Shown: positions 41,180 through 52,150 of the stretch, one piece after another
Layout: the number at the start of each line of letters is the position of its first letter
Numbering within the stretch: the first letter of the stretch is position 1
DNA from: Candidatus Bathyarchaeota archaeon
Lineage (GTDB): Archaea > Thermoproteota > Bathyarchaeia > Bathyarchaeales > Bathycorpusculaceae
Direction: 5' to 3'
Length of the DNA: 64,000 nt
Assembly: GCA_963782525.1 (NCBI GenBank)
Contig: CAWAKC010000001.1
Location: 352,001 to 416,000, forward strand
Position numbers and translations under genes: made by a program
The notes under the pieces: generated by a model
The model's database searches: none
Seen by the model: the letters and a program-made list of their open reading frames with translations, nothing else
Told to the model about the DNA's origin: nothing

Positions 41180-41981
41180 TGGTTATCACAGTTCCAACCT
41201 GATGATTTAGTGCTGAAGTAATTGGCTGTTTTGCGGTGCCTGAGGTTACAAGGACTTCTTTGACTCCCTGGTTTAGAGCTTCTAGTCCTGCGTGGACTTT
41301 TGTGCTCATGCCACCGCCAATTTTAGAGAGCACTTCTTTAACCTCAGTAGCTGCAATTTTTGGAACACGCTCGCCCTTAAGCATCAAACCTTCAACATCA
41401 GTTAACAGAATAAGTTTGTCTGCTTTGAGTGCGCCTGCTAGGATGGCTGCTGTTCGGTCGCCATCAACGTTGAGGGGCTCAAAATCCTGGCTCAAAGCTA
41501 TAGGTGTCACGATTGGCATGTAACCGTTCCCAAGCAACAGGTTTAGCAGTTCAGTGTTGACTTGAGTAATTTTGCCCGTATAGCCGCCATCCATAACCTT
41601 CTTTCTGCCGCGTTCATCCACTGCAATCAGCTTGGTTTTTCGTTCAGCTTTCAATATTCCAGCGTCAAGTCCACTCAAACCAACAGCTGGGATTCCTTGG
41701 CTTTGAAGGGCTAACACTATTTGTTTGTTGATTTTACCTGCCATAACCATAGTGTAGATTTCAATGGTTTCTTTGTCGGTGTAGCGGCTGCGGAATCCTT
41801 CGGGTGAGATGATGAATTTTTGTTCTTTTCCGAGTTTTGAGGCGATTTCGGTGACTTCGACGCCTCCACCGTGGACCAGAATGATTTTGTTTGTTCTTGC
41901 AACGTCTTTTAGGTCAGCAATTAGATCTGTGGATGCGCCTTCTTTTAGGATGCTTCCACCCATCTTAATAACAAGCAACAT
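41172..41981 (-). CDS. lysZ: [LysW]-aminoadipate/glutamate kinase
   Basis: KMGG, VHGGG, SPEGFRSRYTD, NVDGDR and GGGM..K. Confidence 0.95.
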   Translation of the reverse strand: MLLVIKMGGSILKEGASTDLIADLKDVARTNKIILVHGGGVEVTEIASKLGKEQKFIISPEGFRSRYTDKETIEIYTMVMAGKINKQIVLALQSQGIPAVGLSGLDAGILKAERKTKLIAVDERGRKKVMDGGYTGKITQVNTELLNLLLGNGYMPIVTPIALSQDFEPLNVDGDRTAAILAGALKADKLILLTDVEGLMLKGERVPKIAATEVKEVLSKIGGGMSTKVHAGLEALNQGVKEVLVTSGTAKQPITSALNHQVGTVITSE

Positions 41982-41987
41982 AGCAGA

Positions 41988-43040
41988 TCACGCTGGATGG
42001 AACCCAGTGCTCTTAAGGCCTGTGGTTTCGTCAATTCCCATAAGTAGGTTAAGGCATTGGACACCTTGTCCTGCAGCTCCTTTAGTCATATTGTCGATAG
42101 CTGAGAACATTATTAGGCGGTTAGCGTGTTCGTCTATTTCGAAGCCGACATCACAGAAGTTTGTGCCCATGACAATCTTGGGGTCAGGCAGCTGATATGG
42201 TCCCTTCTGATACTTAACTAAGCGCACGAAAGGTTCGGTGCCGTACATGCCGCGGAGAGCTTTCCAGAGGTCTTTGCTGGTGATGGGTTGCTTGGGGAAT
42301 GCATAGATGGTTGCGAGGATGCCGCGTACCATGTTGACGGCGTGTGGTGTGAAGCCGATTTTGACTGGTTCACTAGCGAGCGCGGTGAGTTCTTGTTCGA
42401 CCTCTGCTGTGTGCCGGTGCCCTGTGACTTGGTAGGGACGGACGCCGCTAAAGCGTTCAGGGTGATGTGAAGCCGGAGTTGGTTTGCTACCGCCGCCTGA
42501 AGAACCGACTTTGAGGTCAACGATGATTTTGTTGTTATCAATTAAGCCTGCTTTCACTATGGGAGCTAAGCCGAGGATTGCTGATGTTGCCATGCAGCCG
42601 GGGCAAGCCACGAGTTTGGCTTTTTTGATTTCTTCCCGATGGAGTTCTGGCAAACCGTAGGCGGCATCTTTGAGCATTTCTGGGTGTGCATGTTTCCAGC
42701 CGTAGTAGGAGTCGTAGTCAGCGGGGTTTTTGAGGCGAAAATCCGCGCTCATGTCGATTACTTTCAAGCCTACCTCCAAAAGCTTGGGGACAAGGTTAAC
42801 TGAGCCACCGTGTGGTGTAGCTGTGAAGACTAAGTCGCAGTCCTTCTGGAGTTCAGCCATGTCTTGGGGAACAAATTTTAGCTGAGTTAAGCCTCTCAGG
42901 TTTGGGTGTACGTTGAAGATGTATTCTCCTGCGCTCTGCCGTGAAGTAACCATTGTTACCTCCACCTCTGGGTGCATAAGCAGCAGTCTCAACAGTTCAC
43001 TGCCAACGTATCCTGAACCACCGATTATTCCAATTCTCAT
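41988..43040 (-). CDS. lysY: [LysW]-phosphate reductase (ArgC family)
   Basis: GGSGYVG, SADFR, PGCMAT, HHPER and DNMTKGAAG. Confidence 0.95.
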   Translation of the reverse strand: MRIGIIGGSGYVGSELLRLLLMHPEVEVTMVTSRQSAGEYIFNVHPNLRGLTQLKFVPQDMAELQKDCDLVFTATPHGGSVNLVPKLLEVGLKVIDMSADFRLKNPADYDSYYGWKHAHPEMLKDAAYGLPELHREEIKKAKLVACPGCMATSAILGLAPIVKAGLIDNNKIIVDLKVGSSGGGSKPTPASHHPERFSGVRPYQVTGHRHTAEVEQELTALASEPVKIGFTPHAVNMVRGILATIYAFPKQPITSKDLWKALRGMYGTEPFVRLVKYQKGPYQLPDPKIVMGTNFCDVGFEIDEHANRLIMFSAIDNMTKGAAGQGVQCLNLLMGIDETTGLKSTGFHPA

Positions 43041-43064
43041 TCTTTTTTCCTCTTTATGATTTGA

Positions 43065-44261
43065 TTAATGGTCAATTAGACTTTCTGCAGCCTTGAGCAG
43101 GGGAATTGCCACGTTTAAGCCAGTTGCGAGTCTTGTGTTCTCCCAGAATTCTGGGCAAGAGTTCGACTCATGAAACACCAGGGCGCTCTGGTTTTTTTCT
43201 AAGCTTTCTTCAATTATATTTTTTATGTTTTCGTATGCTTCTGTGTTCTTGTATCCTTCAAAAGCTTTTTCGAGTTTGCCGGTCCACGCTTCAAATTGGG
43301 TTAGGCGGGTTTCGTCTGCCTTAACTTTCTGGACTGGAACGAACGCTTGAGCAGCCTTATCCAACTCACCCTTCAAATAAGAGTCGTCGGCATTCTTGTT
43401 TTCTTTAACATTTACCATTGCATCCAACGCGAAAATCCATGCATCGCTGCCTTTGCCAAGGGTTTCGCCGCATTTTACCGCCAACTCCTGAATACTCAAA
43501 GGCAGTTTAGCGTGAAAAACTAAGTTGCCAAGGAATGTGTTGGTGCGAAAATCTTTGAAGCCCGCACGTGCCATTGAGGTGTGGTAGCAAACGGGCTGTT
43601 TGCTTTTTTCTTTGGAAACGATTATGCGTAAGTCGTAAAACCACTTCTGTACAAGTTCCTGAGCAACAACGCCGATTGGGTTGATTATGGATGGCTTTGT
43701 CTCTTTGATGCTGGCTTCTAGTTCCTCCCTGTTTTGAGAGAGCATAATCATTTTTCCGTGAGTACCGGCATCTGCTTTGATGACTATGCCTTCCTCGAGT
43801 GGGATATCTTGCTCGAAGAGATCGGCGATGTCTTTTTCGTTGTGGATTTCTTTTCCATTCTTGAGCATATCCGTCGAGTCGCATGGAACGAAGACGGTTT
43901 TTGGAATTGGGATGCCTTCTCTGTGTAAGTTCAATAGGGTGCGGAGTTTGCTGTAGCAGACAAATTCAACTTGGGAGGTGTTGAGGGTTTTTTTGCCTAG
44001 CATCTCCATGTAGTATGAGGCTTGGAGACGCCGGTTTTTACTTTGGGCACGATTAAGAACAACTTTGGTATTCTCGATAATGCCCGTATAGTCTTTGCCC
44101 TTAGTTTTAGCACTAAAACCATCCTTGGAGATCGCTAATACAATTTTTCGAAAAGGAATAAATGTTAATTCTATACCAAGTTGCTGAGCGGTGAGTTTTA
44201 TGCCGTTTTCGTCGTTTTCCGAGCGTTCATACAAAAGTGCAATGCTCAACGCTCTCAACAT
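43065..44261 (-). CDS. lysX: Divergent LysX/ArgX-like ATP-grasp ligase with a large internal insertion
   Basis: IPIPKT, VAQE, DLRI, FRTN..LG, ALD and ESNSCPEF, located between lysW and lysY. Confidence 0.75.
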   Translation of the reverse strand: MLRALSIALLYERSENDENGIKLTAQQLGIELTFIPFRKIVLAISKDGFSAKTKGKDYTGIIENTKVVLNRAQSKNRRLQASYYMEMLGKKTLNTSQVEFVCYSKLRTLLNLHREGIPIPKTVFVPCDSTDMLKNGKEIHNEKDIADLFEQDIPLEEGIVIKADAGTHGKMIMLSQNREELEASIKETKPSIINPIGVVAQELVQKWFYDLRIIVSKEKSKQPVCYHTSMARAGFKDFRTNTFLGNLVFHAKLPLSIQELAVKCGETLGKGSDAWIFALDAMVNVKENKNADDSYLKGELDKAAQAFVPVQKVKADETRLTQFEAWTGKLEKAFEGYKNTEAYENIKNIIEESLEKNQSALVFHESNSCPEFWENTRLATGLNVAIPLLKAAESLIDH

Positions 44262-44330
44262 CCATCAGAAAATAATTCCTTAAAAAGGTGATTTAACGTA
44301 AGAAAACATGACTTTGTTGGAAGATACTGT

Positions 44331-44537
44331 TTATTCGCCCCAGTCTTCCCCTTCAATTGTCAACTCTTGAAGGTCAACGCAGCCACAGTTAATCTGCTTA
44401 ACTTCAAGTTCGAGTCCGCAGCCTGGGCAGCTTACGATTTCGCCTTTTTCGGTGTCTGCGGGTACGTCAAGCTCTGCGTCGCAGTCTGGGCATTTTGCTT
44501 TTACGTTCGATTGATTTGAGTTTATGGGTTTAATCAT
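44331..44537 (-). CDS. lysW: Amino-group carrier protein LysW
   Basis: CPDC...CPGCG zinc ribbon and C-terminal EDWGE. Confidence 0.97.
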   Translation of the reverse strand: MIKPINSNQSNVKAKCPDCDAELDVPADTEKGEIVSCPGCGLELEVKQINCGCVDLQELTIEGEDWGE

Positions 44538-44785
44538 TTCTTATTCGTCACTTTTTATTTTTTTGGAAATGTCTTTCTGATAAATTCGGCTATCTTTTTA
44601 AACATTGCGACTAATTTGTTACAACTTGGACTTTTAATGTTCCAATTGATGCAACTTTTTTTCGTCCATAACACCTATAAAAACGTAACAGAATGATACT
44701 GATACAACGGAATCCGCATTGTCCATTAAAAAAAATAATGGAAAACGTTAAATTTTTCTACGCCATTAGAAACTCGGCTGAAAAA

Positions 44786-45196
44786 ATGGACGAAAAAGAC
44801 AGGCAAATCATCAAAATCCTCAAAGACGACGCAAGAGCAGGCTACGGCGACATCGGCTCCAAAGTAGACCTATCCGAAGGCGCAGTCCGCAAAAGAATCA
44901 AAACATTAACCGACGAAAACATCATCAAAAAATTCACCGTTAAAGTCGGCGTGGCAGAAGGCGCCCAAGCAATAACACTGCTCGCCACCAACCCAGCATA
45001 CCCAACTCAAGAAGTCTCAAAAAAAATCCAAGCCATCCCCAACGTCGAAACCGTCTACGAAGTCACAGGCGAATACGACATAGTAGCAGTCATAAGTGGC
45101 ATGAACGTCACAGAAGTCAACGAATGCATCGAAAAAATCCGGCGAGTCGAAGGCATCATGAAAACCAACACAATGATAGTCCTAAGAAGTTCATAA
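44786..45196 (+). CDS. lysM: Lrp/AsnC-family regulator LysM
   Basis: MDEKD..I...L..DAR HTH, SEGAVRKRI and EVTGEYDI. Divergent from lysW. Confidence 0.85.
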   Translation: MDEKDRQIIKILKDDARAGYGDIGSKVDLSEGAVRKRIKTLTDENIIKKFTVKVGVAEGAQAITLLATNPAYPTQEVSKKIQAIPNVETVYEVTGEYDIVAVISGMNVTEVNECIEKIRRVEGIMKTNTMIVLRSS

Positions 45197-45849
45197 AAAA
45201 TCAAATCATTGGATAGCGCATACTATAACTAGAATAAAGCGTACTTCATTAAAGAAGGACGAGAAGAATAATGCTATACAAGTTCTATCATCACATAGTA
45301 TACTCAAAAGGTTTAGAGATCGCGTTAAATATTTTTGCTGTAAATCAAAATTAGGTGTATTTGAATTGGAAAAATTTGTCGAGTAAATGACTTACATCAA
45401 GACTGAGAATTTAAATTTTAAGTCAAAACTAAAATACAGAATATTATGGGCCCTAACATTAGTTTAGTATCCTAAAACCTGTTCCATTATTTTTTTGTTA
45501 AATCCAAAATTGTCTTGTTGTTCTCCGGGTATCTAACGCGGTTGACGCACGAATTAAACAGGCTTGTTCTATCAGCGGTTTTAGCGTTAAACCATCATTT
45601 CAAGAGCTTTTAGCTATTTACGGAGAAATTTTGCTCGTTCTCAAGCGAGTAGCGATGCTAAAAGTGCGAAAAATTCGGATATTGATGCTTTTGATAAGCG
45701 AGACATTGATTCCTTTATACTTTTTTGAAATTGATAGTCTAATAAAATCTTAATATGCTTTATACGTTCCAATTTTTTGAAACTGCATAATCATTAAAAA
45801 TCAACTTGTTAGCGTCTTAACTTATTTTTAAAGGAAAGTCTTTTATTTC

Positions 45850-48633
45850 TTGGTCATCGAAGGGTACATAAGACCTCTTGAGAATTGCGGTGCTTCTTTG
45901 TCTACAAATGAAGAAAATGGTAGTGCGCAAGCGATTGCCAAACGAAAGAAAGCCCAAGAAGAACTTGACCTATCATATCAAGCTATTTTACTTTCAAAGG
46001 TTCATGAAGCTGTTTTGGGTTTAGACGAAAAGGAAACTATCCTCTACTGGAACAAAGGCGCTGAGGAACTTTTCGGTTATAAAGCTTCAGAGGTTATTGG
46101 CAAGAATAGCAAACTTTTACTTCAAACAAAAATCGATGAAGCTTCAACTCAAGAAGAGATAGGAAAACTAATCAGCACAGGTAAATGGAAGGGTCAGGCA
46201 AGTTATCGACGCAAAGACGGCACATTTATTATAACAGAATTTAGCGCATCCACAACAAGAGATACAGAAGGCAAAACTACCGGAATTATAACGGCGATAC
46301 GAGACATAACTGAGCGTAAAAAAGCTGAAGACGCATTGCGTTTAAGTGAGGAGCGCTTTTCTAAAGCATTTAATTTAAGTCCATTTGCTGTGATTATGAC
46401 TCGTCTTAGTGATGGAACGTACGTTGATGTAAACGACACTTTTCTGAAAATGTTTGAGTATACACGAAGTGAAGTAATTGGTCATACAGCGAATGAACTA
46501 AAAATCTACGCAAAGCCTGACGGAAGAGCAGCATATTTGGCTGCTTTTAAAAATGGGCGTGTTTCAGATTTTGAGGTAGATTTGAAGACAAAATCTGGCA
46601 AACCGCTTAAGGCGTTGGGTTTTGCAGAAATAATTAATCTTAACGGTCAAGACCTTACTTTTGGTACGCTTGTTGATGTTACTGAACGCAAGAAAGCTGA
46701 AGAAGCATTAAGGCTCAGAGAGGCTCATTATCGTACGCTTTTTAGCAGTATTGGTGAAGGGTTCGAATTAATGGAATTGATTTTTGACGAAAATAAGGCT
46801 GTTTATGATTTGCGGTATCTGGAAGTGAACGATACTTATGAAAAGCAGACAGGTCTTAAAGCGAAGGATGTTGTAGGGAAAACAGTGAAAGAGATTTTTC
46901 CAAAGATTGAAGGTATGTGGATTGAAGTTTTTGAGAAAGTGATTAAAACTGGACTGCCTACAAGGCTTGAAGATTACCATCAAGACACTGACAGATATTA
47001 TAGTGCATATTATTTCCCATTTGGTAAAAAAGAAGTTGGCGTACTTTTTAACGACGTAACTGAGCGCAAGAAAGCTGAAGAAAAAGTAAATCAGAGCATG
47101 AAAACGTTTCTTGAACTGATTGAGCGAGCTCCTTTTGGTATTTATGTTATCAATTCTGAGTTCCGTATAGCGCATATGAACAAAGGTTCACAGAATGGAG
47201 CCTTCCGCAATGTGCGACCGCTAATCGGACGTGACTTTTCTGAGGCTATGCATATTCTCTGGCCTGAGGCAACCGCTTCAGAAATTATCTCCCATTTCCG
47301 TCATACTCTCGAAACTGGTGAACCATATTATTCGCCTCAATTTATTAATCCACGTCATGACGTTGAAATCGTTGAATCTTACGAGTGGGAGCTCCAACGC
47401 ATTCGGCTTCCAGAGGGGCAGTACGGTGTGATTTGTTATTACTTCGATTCGACAAAAATGCGAGATACAGAAAGAGTGCTCTACGAAGCACAGGCTAAAC
47501 TAAAGGAATACTCAGCAAATCTTGAACGGCTTGTTCAAGAGCGAACTAAGAAACTTGAACTTAGCTCGTTATATTCTAGAAATCTCATTGAGGCAAGTCT
47601 TGACCCGCTAGTTACCATCAGCGCCAATGGCAAAATTACTGACGTGAACAAAGCCACTGAACAAGTCACAGGTTGCTCTAAAAAGCAGTTAATTGGAAGC
47701 GACTTCTCGGAGTACTTTACTGAACCTGAAAAAGCTAAGGTTGGGTATAAGCGAGTTTTCGCGCAGGGTTTTGTGAGAGATTATCCGTTAGCGATTAAGG
47801 GTAAATCTGGAAAAGTCACTGAAGTATTGTATAATGCTACAGTTTACAGAAATAATGCAGGCGAAATTCAGGGTGTTTTTGCGGCTGCAAGAGATATTAC
47901 TGAACAAAAGAAGGCAGAGGAAGAGGCTAAGGAAGCAGAAAAGAAATTAAAAGATTCCGAACGCTTAGCTGCCATAGGCGCTACTGCGGGTATGGTTGGG
48001 CATGACATACGTAATCCTTTGCAAGCGATTACTAGTGATGTGTACTTAGCCAAGACAGATTTGGCTTCGATTCCGGAAAGTGAAGAGAAAAAGAGTGCAT
48101 TAGAAAGCCTGCAAGAGATTGAAAAGAACGTTGATTACATTAACAAAATCGTACAGGACCTGCAAGACTACGCCAGACCTCTCAATCCTAATCCAGGAGA
48201 AGCTGACTTAAAACTAGTTATCGAAAAGTTGCTAAGTAAAAACGGTTTACCAAAAAATATTAGAGTAAACGTTGCGGTTGAAGACGATGCTAAGACATTA
48301 GTTGCTGACGCTGATTACCTCAATCGTATTCTTTACAATTTAGTTACTAATTCTGTTCAAGCGATGCCAAATGGGGGTAAACTAACAATTCATGTCTACA
48401 AAGAAGCAAACGATTTTGTAATAACAGTTAAAGATACAGGTATGGGCATTCCTAAAGCTATCCAGAGCAAAATGTTCACACCAATGTTTACAACAAAATC
48501 AAAAGGGCAAGGTTTCGGTTTGCCAGTGGTTAAGCGCATGACTGAATCGCTGGGTGGCACAGTGAGTTTTGAGAGCGAAGAAGGCAAAGGAACAACATTC
48601 ACCATACGTTTGCCTCAAACTATTAAGAATTAA
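45850..48633 (+). CDS. Cytoplasmic multi-PAS (about five PAS/PAC) histidine kinase
   Basis: Repeated DITERKKAE junctions, H-box GHDIRNPL, N-box NLVTNS, DTGMGI, FTTK and GFGL. The start is uncertain. Confidence 0.92.
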   Translation: MVIEGYIRPLENCGASLSTNEENGSAQAIAKRKKAQEELDLSYQAILLSKVHEAVLGLDEKETILYWNKGAEELFGYKASEVIGKNSKLLLQTKIDEASTQEEIGKLISTGKWKGQASYRRKDGTFIITEFSASTTRDTEGKTTGIITAIRDITERKKAEDALRLSEERFSKAFNLSPFAVIMTRLSDGTYVDVNDTFLKMFEYTRSEVIGHTANELKIYAKPDGRAAYLAAFKNGRVSDFEVDLKTKSGKPLKALGFAEIINLNGQDLTFGTLVDVTERKKAEEALRLREAHYRTLFSSIGEGFELMELIFDENKAVYDLRYLEVNDTYEKQTGLKAKDVVGKTVKEIFPKIEGMWIEVFEKVIKTGLPTRLEDYHQDTDRYYSAYYFPFGKKEVGVLFNDVTERKKAEEKVNQSMKTFLELIERAPFGIYVINSEFRIAHMNKGSQNGAFRNVRPLIGRDFSEAMHILWPEATASEIISHFRHTLETGEPYYSPQFINPRHDVEIVESYEWELQRIRLPEGQYGVICYYFDSTKMRDTERVLYEAQAKLKEYSANLERLVQERTKKLELSSLYSRNLIEASLDPLVTISANGKITDVNKATEQVTGCSKKQLIGSDFSEYFTEPEKAKVGYKRVFAQGFVRDYPLAIKGKSGKVTEVLYNATVYRNNAGEIQGVFAAARDITEQKKAEEEAKEAEKKLKDSERLAAIGATAGMVGHDIRNPLQAITSDVYLAKTDLASIPESEEKKSALESLQEIEKNVDYINKIVQDLQDYARPLNPNPGEADLKLVIEKLLSKNGLPKNIRVNVAVEDDAKTLVADADYLNRILYNLVTNSVQAMPNGGKLTIHVYKEANDFVITVKDTGMGIPKAIQSKMFTPMFTTKSKGQGFGLPVVKRMTESLGGTVSFESEEGKGTTFTIRLPQTIKN

Positions 48634-50378
48634 TTCTTAGCGCCCGCTAAGAGTCCATTTGGACTGCGTTTAACTCTCAATAACGTACTCCAGCTAAATT
48701 GTGCCTAAAATCTTATATCTACAGATTAGCCAAGTGCTTAACTGCTAAAAGGAACGTAGATGTCTCAAAATTCAGCAATTAAGCCTGCACCATATTCTCC
48801 AACTGACACGAAAGAAACCGATTCTGTAGATATTTTCAAAGTCCTTGTAGAACATTCAAAAGTTAAGTTAGATATCAAAGAACGTGACAAAATTCCGAAT
48901 ATCGATGGTTATATGGAGTTAGTGGATAATGGCGGAAGCCCATGTGGCAAACTTGAAGCGCAAATCAAAAAACTTCCCGATGATTCAACTAAGCTACAAA
49001 TTCCACTTCATTATTCGCATATAGTGAGAGAGCAACATGCAACCCTGTCATTTTAATTGGGGTAAATACCAAAAACAAGCAAGCATTTTGGTTCCATATC
49101 AGTGGCAAAATCCTCAAAACACCAATTGAGAAACTTGCACAAGCAACTATTACAATTGACTTCTCACCTGCAAATATTATTGATGGAGTTAGTACGACTT
49201 ACTTGAGTCAATGTTAGAACATCGTAGATTCTTATATTGAATTGAAGGCTGTCAATGAAAAATATGAGTTACTTCAAACACGTTCGAATCCAATTGTTGG
49301 TCTTGAGAAAAAAGAGTTCGGCGAGATTCAGAAATTTCTTGATGAATTTAACAGTCTTCTTGATGGCAAATTTTCTATAATCAAAAAAACGCTTTATCCA
49401 AATTCGTGGAAAACAGGACTTGCCTATAACGGATATACCGATGATAGTGTCAGTTTCAGCTTGTACTCTATTCCATTCGGAAGAAATGATGTCCTAATCA
49501 AAGAAATTGATAATAAATTAAAGGACGAGATGACCGAAATTGGCTATACAAGTTATGTTTATTCAAAAGAGAATCCTGTTAGAGTTCATCCAAAGAAACT
49601 TGCAAGAGACCAAATCCAAAATAGAATGAACGAACTACTACAAGGAAAGTTATTAAAGCATGCGTCCAGTGAATTTCTTGTTCGGGAATTTGTCTTTGCC
49701 TTTATCTATAGTTTCCATATTCAAATGGGTCTAGAGAAAAAAGATTGTTATGAGCTTTTAGAAATCGAGAAAGGGTTCTACGAGTTTTTACCCTTCTGGA
49801 CAATTGAGTCAATAAACTTCATGGTTGAAACAAAAAGAAATGGTGTCATTTCTCCAGCGCACGCTCTTTTTGGGCGGTCATTTTTTGACCCTTCACTTAT
49901 TCTTGCAAGCATTATGCCAAAAGAACGTGAAACATTAGCTGAAAAAACAAAAGAGGATATTGCAAAGAAAGCACCACTATCATTCTTGCCAATTGGAAAC
50001 AGAGACCTTTCTTTCAAACTCTTTTATGAATCCATCGCCTCCTTGCGACTTCGAGGTACAAACGAAGTTAAAAGACCTTACTTGCCAAAAGACTTCTCAA
50101 GATTTGACCATATGGCAAACTGGGTATGGAATTCTTTATCGATAGAGGCTCTTCAAAAAAACCTTTCAATATTTTTTGATTGCTTGCCAGAAGCATATAG
50201 CCAAATAGTTCATTCAAACTTCGAAGAAATAAGTGAAGAGTTGCCTCTTTTTGGGGGTGCAAATCTATTTGTTATATTATTGGATGCAAGACCTGAAGTA
50301 AAGGTATTTACAGATGCTCCTACGATTGACTTCTATGCCTTTTATAACCCAGATTAGAAATTCTCTATAAAAATAATC

Positions 50379-51401
50379 TAGGGGTGTGCAGAATTTAAGC
50401 TGCTTCCCAATTATGTTCTAGTATGGAAGCCTGTGAAGTTGTCAGGCTTTTCGTCAACAAAGCAATCGTTTCTGTAGAACCCAAAAGACGCGGAAATCCA
50501 GGCTACGGACGCCTAAGAGCACTAAGAGTTCTCGTTTATGCCAGACTGAAAGGATTAGAGAACGACACACGTGTAATTGAACATCTAAAGAAGCATACGG
50601 ACGTTGCTAGAACACTTGGTTTATTCAAAGTACCCAATAGAACCACTGTTGGAAGATGGTGGAGACGCTATCTTGACGTTCTTGAAGAAACTTTTAAGAA
50701 GATATCGGCTATGCTTCAACTAGTGACACCGACCACTATTCTAATTGTTGACTCAACGCCGTTAGTGGATCTCTACGATATGGAAGCGGGCTGGGGTCAC
50801 ACGAGCCGTGGAAAATTCAGAGGTTTCAAGCTTCATGCAGCGGTAAATCAGCTGGGGTTGCCGTTGAGAGCAGTTGTTACGCCTGGTAATCGTTATGACT
50901 CGCCTTTTCTTCCCGGTCTCATTGAGGATTTGGAAGCAGAATACGTTTTGGCCGATGCGGGTTATGACTCGAAAACAAACAAAAGAGCAGCCAAGGGCAT
51001 TGAAGCTGAGCCTGTTATTGCTCCTAATCCTAGAAGGGGAAAACGCAAAAGAATCAAACATGCTAGACTCTTGGAGACTAAGCGTTATGTGGTTGAGCAG
51101 TTTAATGGGCATCTTAAAGCTAACGTTTTGAGGAATTGCTGGGTGAGGCCTAAGGGTTTGGTGAAGAAGGCGGCTATGGTGATGGCTGGCTTGATTAGTT
51201 ATGATGCTGAAGCAATACGATCGCTTATTGTTGGCGAGCAAAGTCTAAAAACGGTAAGCAAGTACTGGGCTTGACCCAACAACAAATGATCATGGAGCCC
51301 TCAAAGACACCAAATCAATGGTATTTACGGGTACGATCCCAGACTTGCTCAAAGATAACTTACCTATCGGAACTATAAAAAATGAATTGCGCACACGTCT
51401 A
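50379..51401 (+). mobile_element. Insertion sequence of the IS4/IS5-like DDE superfamily (about 1023 bp)
   Basis: Imperfect TIRs TAGGGGTGTGCAGAATT and AATTGCGCACACGTCTA (13/17). Direct repeat AATAATC at 50372-78 and 51402-08. Confidence 0.85.
50423..51274 (+). CDS. DDE transposase (DDE_Tnp_1-like)
   Basis: VDST, GFKLH, LADAGYDS and RYVVEQFNGHLK. Confidence 0.9.
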   Translation: MEACEVVRLFVNKAIVSVEPKRRGNPGYGRLRALRVLVYARLKGLENDTRVIEHLKKHTDVARTLGLFKVPNRTTVGRWWRRYLDVLEETFKKISAMLQLVTPTTILIVDSTPLVDLYDMEAGWGHTSRGKFRGFKLHAAVNQLGLPLRAVVTPGNRYDSPFLPGLIEDLEAEYVLADAGYDSKTNKRAAKGIEAEPVIAPNPRRGKRKRIKHARLLETKRYVVEQFNGHLKANVLRNCWVRPKGLVKKAAMVMAGLISYDAEAIRSLIVGEQSLKTVSKYWA

Positions 51402-51719
51402 AATAATCAATAAGAAAGAAGCGACACCTCCATTTTCGGATTTGTCTTTTAGGCAATACCGTAAAGAGGTAATGATTGATGACAAATCGTGGCTCATGGT
51501 TGCGGCGTTTTCGTCAATATTAGACTTCGTTTTTGACGATACCCCAATGCTGGACGTTATCTATAAACAAGTTAAAGGCAATTTAGACAGTTATTTCAAC
51601 AAACTTTAAAAAACTTGGCAGTTCGCCAAATTGGTCTACATTTTTGGGCGGTATTAATTTTTAGCCACAGACTGACCTATATTCACAAAATAACATATGT
51701 TGTGCATGAGGTCTGCACG

Positions 51720-51965
51720 GTGACCACACAAATAAATACAATAGAATTGAACCCTGAATTGACCAATTTAGCCTATGAGATGGGTTTGAACATTCCAAAG
51801 ACGTGTGAAAACGCCTTAAAAGAAGCAATAAGGCGACTAAAAGGCTCAGATTTGGATTTTGCTAGCGTTCGCAACGCGGGGTCCGCGATAGTTAAAATTT
51901 ATCGAACTAAGCCCATGTTAATTTGTTGTCTTATATGCGTGTTATGCGTGTCGTCTGAAACATGA
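51720..51965 (+). CDS. CcdA-like ribbon-helix-helix small protein
   Basis: TIELNPEL...AYEMGLNIPKTCENALKEAIRRL resembles the CcdA-type A..xGLNxS..xE.AL pattern. GTG start after GAGG. Confidence 0.5.
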   Translation: MTTQINTIELNPELTNLAYEMGLNIPKTCENALKEAIRRLKGSDLDFASVRNAGSAIVKIYRTKPMLICCLICVLCVSSET

Positions 51966-52150
51966 GCGCATATGCGTAAGAGCATAAGAGTATATACGTA
52001 ATAGATAAAACGTGGATGTTTAGGTGTTATTGGTGTTTTTTTTGGCTCATTATCTTAACTTCCTTATGAATTTAGAAGTAGCATCCTTAAGATGATAGTC
52101 TATTTGGTTGTTTTCAAGTCATTAACTGCTAAAAATTGGTTGCCGAGCGG

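Larger units (their letters stand above)
48760..51609 (+). pseudogene. Decayed DUF4365-like (PD-(D/E)xK) nuclease-domain gene with frameshift, in-frame TAG and IS insertion
   Basis: The N-fragment has DKIPNIDGYMELVD...LEAQIKK. The frame of 49242-50357 resumes past TAG 50355 and, after IS excision, runs to TAA 51609 (...LDFVFDDTPMLDVIYKQVKGNLDSYFNKL). Confidence 0.75.

Noticed and set aside
50355-50357. In-frame TAG as pyrrolysine readthrough
   Set aside because: The same gene also has a frameshift and an IS insertion, and no pyl genes are present. Decay is the simpler explanation.
51860-52010. GC-rich and palindromic patches after the CcdA-like gene as a tRNA or attachment site
   Set aside because: No T-loop GTTCRA motif or cloverleaf on either strand, and no integrase nearby.
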